A DNA stretch of 51,396 bases, the filler included, from Catajapyx aquilonaris (Eukaryota): the NCBI GenBank assembly GCA_000934665.2. It is 2 parts of 2 records of this genome, joined end to end, with 100 filler letters (N's around TTAATTAATTAA, not from the genome) between each part and the next. Parts side by side here need not be neighbours in the genome. Positions count along the whole stretch, not along the records: positions 25,805 to 51,396 come from JYFJ02005358.1; 1 more part is not named here. One strand, given 5' to 3'. A program made the position numbers and the translations under genes. This document shows positions 46,636 through 51,396 of the stretch, piece after piece. Every line of letters begins with the position of its first letter. The stretch's first letter is position 1. The notes below the pieces were generated by a model. It was not told the DNA's origin. It saw only the letters and a program-made list of their open reading frames with translations, and searched no databases.

Positions 46636-48142
46636 TTGCCGGGGAATGGATAGTTTCCCCGGCAACCCAACAGAAGTTGTTTACACCAAATTGCGCATGA
46701 GTAGAACGCGGGCCAATGGGGAGGTGGCGGTAACAATATGCGGCGGACCAATCAGAGGACCCGGCCAACTCCCGCAAGGATTTTAATATTATAGATTATT
46801 AATTTTATACAATACAATATGGCCCAATTAGTGAATTTGGGAACTAAGCTGCTTTTTAAGCAGTTACATTTAGTGGTTAAAAGTAGTAGCTAAGAATATT
46901 AGGTTACATGGAGCTATCTATTTTTTGGGTTTTGTGCTTTTTGAACTTAATTTGGAATTTATAGCATGGATAGATTATTCAATAAGCAGCTAATATTTCA
47001 ATTCACTACAGATTTGCCCATAAATAAGTAGCTACTAAAATGGGCAGATTGGTGGCAATAGCTATAACTAGGAACATGGTTATATACAATTTTGTTTATT
47101 AATTTACTGATAAGTAGTTTTGCTTGTTTTCTTATTTGCCATTATTAGCTACATGTTAGTAGCCTTCAAAAGCCGAATAATGACAAACTAGTAGCGAAAA
47201 ATGCAAAAATTGATCAAACGAGTGTCTATTGTCCCCTATTTGAACCAAACTAGTTTTTTTTTTCATAGATGGGCGTGGCACTTTTTATATCCGTCCAATA
47301 CAAAGCGGTTAGAGGGGAGTGAGGCTAGCGTTAGGAACTGCCAAGGAGTGTCATTGGAGCGGGGAAGCGAAAACGTGGGAGGGGAGAGGGAGGGAGGGAT
47401 ATAAAAGCCTATTGTGCTCATCTGCAGCGCAGGCAGAAATCGTTTGTGCTGGCGGATCCCGCCAAGCGGAGTCAATTCATACGCCCTTTGTTGCCATTTG
47501 AGCCAACAATAACAACAGCGCTTCGCTTCTCCCTTCTGCCAGTTTTCCGCTATAGACATCGCCTCCCGACGTGTAACTGGATTGGGATTTGGTGTCGTCG
47601 TAATGTGCCTCGGAGGAATGACATTTTGGGCCATAATTCGTGGCGGTCAGTCCCCACGCTGGTCAGATCCGAGCGTGATAAGTGGCGAAGCGGGGATATA
47701 TGCCGCCATTTTGCTAACAGGTCAAGGTGGCCCAAAATGGCTACCTTGATTATGTAGATGGTTTTATGCAATACTGTGCCGGAAATACACGACAATTTAA
47801 GCCACAATTTGTCATAATTAGTTATAAAACTGGCCACATCCAAGGGCGATAAGGGGCGAGCCGATGCCTGGACGCCATTTTGAATCCGGTCCAATATGGC
47901 GGCCGGGAAATGTCATCTGGCTACCCTAGAGAGCCTCGAGGAACTTGTGACGTGTCGTCGTCTCTGATTAGCTGGAGTAATTGGACGGTGATATGCAATA
48001 ATGTGTCAACCCACATGAGAACAGTTTTGAGAAAAAGGGTTTGAAGGTCATACGGTCTGTGAAATTAATTCAGTGTTCTTTTCGGTCGTTTATGGCAGAA
48101 ATGTGCAGATTTCGCCACCTTGATTTTAACTGAATGAAGTGT

Positions 48143-48423
48143 GGGGAGCCATGGTGGTCTAGTGGTTACGATACTGGCCAGCCAAGCGGGAGGCCGTGGT
48201 TCAAATCCCGTCCCCATCACCACCTATGATTGGCCGGGTCTTTTTCCGCTTTTCACCCGACATGTCGGGGCAGAATTGCACTCCCTACTCTGCCCAGGGC
48301 CAGAAGAAAAGGTCTGGTGTATTTCACTAAGTCAGAAATGACTAAAAATTACAGCGTCCTCCCTTGGGAACCTCCTCTTCCCCTCTAAGAGGGCTCCACC
48401 CTATCACGGGGTATTAAAAAGAC
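48143..48423 (+). mobile_element. tRNA-Gly(GCC)-like SINE, family 1, copy 2
   Basis: Same head and body as 36569-36851. Probable TSD AACTGAATG(AAGT/TATT) at 48128 and 48424. Confidence 0.87.
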
Positions 48424-48553
48424 AACTGAATGTATTCCTATCGTTTGGGTGTATGTTCCTAGGTTCAATTCAATTTTGACATTTTTGTGGGTTGATCCAT
48501 TATTGCATAACACCGTCCAATTATGGACTGTTTCCCGTTCCAATGAAGATCTT

Positions 48554-48683
48554 GCGTCTCAATGAAAATAGTGGTCGGTTCTGACGTCACGGTCGACTCC
48601 TCTTGGCTGGAGCAGTACAGGCCTTTGCATCCTATCGGTGTCGACCGTGACGTCAGAGCCGGCCACTATTTCCATAGAAACGC
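48554..48683. mobile_element. Small foldback/MITE with ~44-bp imperfect arms
   Basis: GCGTCTCAATGAAAATAGTGGTCGGTTCTGACGTCACGGTCGAC...GTCGACCGTGACGTCAGAGCCGGCCACTATTTCCATAGAAACGC. Confidence 0.6.
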
Positions 48684-49760
48684 TAGATGGCAGCTCCATT
48701 AGAACTGCAGACAGTCCATAATTACACTCCGCCGATTTGACGTCACAAGTTGGCATCTCTCTTCCAAAAGCCTTTCCAGGTTACTCTGTTCGTATGTAGG
48801 CGGCCATTTTGAATCCTGCTGGCATCTGGTCAACCTGTTGGCATGTGGACGGCCATTTTGAATCCGGCTGCCATCTGGTCACTCTTCTTGCATGTGGGCG
48901 GCCATTTTGAGTCCAGCCCTTTCCCCCCTTTCCCCCTATCTTACATATTAGCATCCAAACGATATTCAGATCACGGCTACGAAGCGGGGAGGAAGCTTCC
49001 ATGCATAGAGAAACAGGATCCGGCAGCGGGAACATAATGGCCGCCTCCCACCCTCCTCTCTTTTGTTTTATGCACTCGGGTTCAAACTCGCCAATCTTTT
49101 ATTCGTAGAGTGGGTGGGGCCCTGGGAGAGAGTATTGGAAAAGAGTGGGGGGGATGGGGTGGGGGGCATGCAAATGAGTTATTTGTTAGACTGAAAGCGA
49201 AGGGAAATTCGCCCCCTAGGCTTGCGGTGTGTGCAGGCTTTTCCAGGGCTCATTCAATAATCTATACATTCTGGCTGGATTTACGTAATAAAAAAGAGGG
49301 TATGGGATATGTGAGGGGGGGCTGAGTGGGAGGCTAGTGGTTGGTGGGGGGGGGGGGTAGGAATTTTCATTACATGTATTGCAATGTGCAGAAGAGCACT
49401 TGTTACGAGCTCCCCGATTGTTGCGCTGTTATTGTGTGAAGCTGCGATGATAATTACCTTAATTAGTGTTTATATTGAAAGTTGGGTACGGACTATTTTT
49501 AGTACGCTGCAAATTAAAATGGGGGCTGCGATTGCATAGAGCGGAATGTGCTATAACTAGATTATATGAAGAAGAAAAAAAATATGTTATTGGTTGCTAG
49601 CCAACAGGGTAGCCAATCCAGGCCATGTTCTCTCCATGGTTGTCAGATAGTGATGTAAAATTTTGTGATCCAGTGTTGTCAGATCGTGATGTAATTTTTT
49701 GATCCAGTGTTGCCAGATAGTGATGTACATTTTTGATCCAGCCATGCGGTATGTGCTATA

Positions 49761-50029
49761 TTTTTTGTTTATTTTATTTTATTTATCATACCCCATGCTA
49801 GAACCTTTGGCTCCCTTAGGGGGGTGGATTACCACCATTGGATGGGACCAGGGATAGGGAAGGAAGGAAGCGGCTGTGGCCTATTTTTACGGAAACGACC
49901 CCGGAATTGTTCTGGGGGACCATGGAAAACCACAGAAAACCATGGTAAGGGTCGCCGGCCACGGGATTCGAACCCAGGACCTCTCGATTAGCAGGCCTGC
50001 TCCTTATCTCCTACACCAACCTGCTTCGG
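49761..50029 (-). mobile_element. tRNA-Ser(GCT)-like SINE, family 3, minus copy; 16-bp TSD
   Basis: Head CCGAAGCAGGTTGGTGTAG...GGGTTCGAATCCC on the minus strand; A-rich tail. TSD TGCGGTATGTGCTATA at 49745-49760 and 50030-50045. Confidence 0.88.
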
Positions 50030-50056
50030 TGCGGTATGTGCTATAACTACACTGTA

Positions 50057-50330
50057 CCGAAGCAGGTTGGCATAGTGGATAAGGCGTCCGACTGCTAATC
50101 GGAAGGTCCTGGGTTCAAATCCCGGTTCCGGCAACTCTAACCGTGGTTTTCTGTGGTTTCCCACGGTTTCTCCAGGAGAATTCCGGAGTTGTTTCCTAAT
50201 AAACAGGCCACAGCCGCCCCATTCTTTTCCTATCCCAAAGAGCAATAAGTAAAAATGCAAGCACAGCGTTCCAGACAAAACAAAAATTTACCCCTAAAGA
50301 GCCGCCGGCTGATAACGGGGTATGAATTAT
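50057..50330 (+). mobile_element. tRNA-Ser(GCT)-like SINE, family 3, plus copy; 15-bp TSD
   Basis: A box TGGCATAGTGG, anticodon arm TCCGA-CTGCTAA-TCGGA, B box GGTTCAAATCC. TSD TATAACTACACTGTA at 50042-50056 and 50331-50345. Confidence 0.9.
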
Positions 50331-50338
50331 TATAACTA

Positions 50339-50947
50339 CACTGTAAATCTCAACACATTAAAAGAGCATCACTGGTGAGTCTCTCATGGAACATCAATTT
50401 TTAATGTTCCTCTAATGCTCTTGTGGTACTCTTGTGATGCTTTTTTGTTGCTAAAAGAGCATTTAAAGAGCATCACTGGTGAGTCTCTCATGGAACATCA
50501 ATTTTAAGTGACCTTCTAATGCTCTGCTAATGTTCATGTGATGCTTTTAGCAACAAAAGGCATCACAAGAGCATTAGAAGAGCATTAAAAATTAATGTTC
50601 CATGAGAGACTCACCAGTGATGCTCTTTTGTGGTTTACAGTGTACATTGTAAACTTCAAATAGCCACAAAGCATTAAAAGAGCGTCATTTTTAATGCTCT
50701 TGTGATGCTCTTCTAATGTTTTTGTTGCTGAAATTATTAAAAGCATTAAAAGCATTAAAGAGCATTAACCATTGATCTTCCATGAGAGACGCAGTAACGG
50801 TCCTCTTTTAATGCTTTGATGCTTTTTGTTGCTATAAAGCAACACAATTGAAAGAGCATTCAAAGAGAGTAACATGAGCATTAAATTGTATTACCATGGG
50901 TAATGCTCTTTTAATGAATGCTTTGTCGCACTTTGCTGCTTACAGAG
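50339..50947. mobile_element. Two adjacent CACTG-ended (EnSpm/CACTA-like) foldback MITEs: 50339-50642 and a decayed copy at 50645-50947
   Basis: TA|CACTGTAAA...TTTACAGTG|TA with long arms (AAGAGCATCACTGGTGAGTCTCTCATGGAACAT and its reverse complement) and AAGAGCAT subterminal repeats. Confidence 0.7.
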
Positions 50948-50966
50948 TAAATTGTAATAAAAAACC

Positions 50967-51220
50967 GTTATTGGTTGCTTGCCAACAGGGTAGCCAACTG
51001 CATCCCGGCCATATTCATTTCAGAGTTGTCCGATCGCCATGTAAATTTTGATCCAGTGTTGCCAGATCGTGGTGTAATGTTTGATCCAGTGTTGCCAGAT
51101 CGTGGTGTAAATGTTTGATCCAGGGTTGCCAGATCGAGGTGTAATTTTGATCCTGTGTTGCCAGATCGAGGTGTAATTTTTGATCCAGTGTTGCCAGACC
51201 GTCCATTTTTGATCCAGCCT
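50967..51220. repeat. Dispersed repeat with a ~31-bp internal array (GATCCAGTGTTGCCAGATCG..TGTAATTTT); second copy at ~49586-49743
   Basis: Both copies start GTTATTGGTTGCTWGCCAACAGGGTAGCCAA and end ATTTTTGATCCAGCC, with different unit numbers. Confidence 0.75.
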
Positions 51221-51396
51221 ATACCTTGAGCCTTAAGCGGGTGCAGATTAGTCCGTTGTCAGTTGCACAGTGGACCTCCCGCCTCTTCAACATGACAGTT
51301 ATTCATATTTCATGCACGCGCCGCGCTGGATGCAATTTGGAGGACCTGCTGCTGCGGATGATTTATTGAAGCCTCCTCCCCACCCCACCTACCCCC

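Noticed and set aside
46640..46796. Helitron 5' ends on the minus strand (TCTATAATATTAAAA at 46795; similar at ~35822)
   Set aside because: Matching 3' hairpin and CTRR ends could not be located.
36569..50130. tRNA genes (Gly/Ser-like) at 36569, 40366, 48143, 49960 and 50057
   Set aside because: Acceptor stems are poor and each continues into a SINE body and tail, mostly with TSDs. These are SINE heads.
51035..51215. CRISPR-like regularly spaced repeats (also 3360-4210 and 42460-42642)
   Set aside because: Units are contiguous with no unique spacers, there are no cas genes and the context is eukaryotic.

Overview
Eukaryotic nuclear DNA from a protostome invertebrate, probably an arthropod, judged from a divergent ionotropic receptor, 47-90 nt introns and tRNA-derived SINEs. 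The left half is gene-rich. It holds the 5' exons of acetoacetyl-CoA synthetase (AACS, -), a complete 5-exon phospholipase B-like 2 gene (PLBD2, -) and an unrecognised 7-exon gene (+) with a 1-bp frameshift just after its best start codon. It also holds the 5' part of PAXIP1/PTIP (+), with two BRCT domains, a U12-type intron and a very long Q/P-rich region. An assembly gap containing an artificial TTAATTAATTAA spacer follows. The right half holds a two-ORF non-LTR retrotransposon (-) whose ORF2 runs into a cluster of cGNAg-triloop hairpins, and an intronless divergent ionotropic receptor (+). It ends with about 18 kb of repeats: three tRNA-SINE families with a shared, covarying 3' stem-loop, Helitron-, hAT-, piggyBac- and CACTA-like MITEs, TA-flanked foldbacks and minisatellites. 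I cannot demonstrate a new biological system from sequence alone. The best leads are the GNA-hairpin cap on the LINE, the structure-conserved SINE tails, the head-to-head SINE pair with overlapping TSDs and the orphan gene. All homology calls are from recalled motifs, not database searches.
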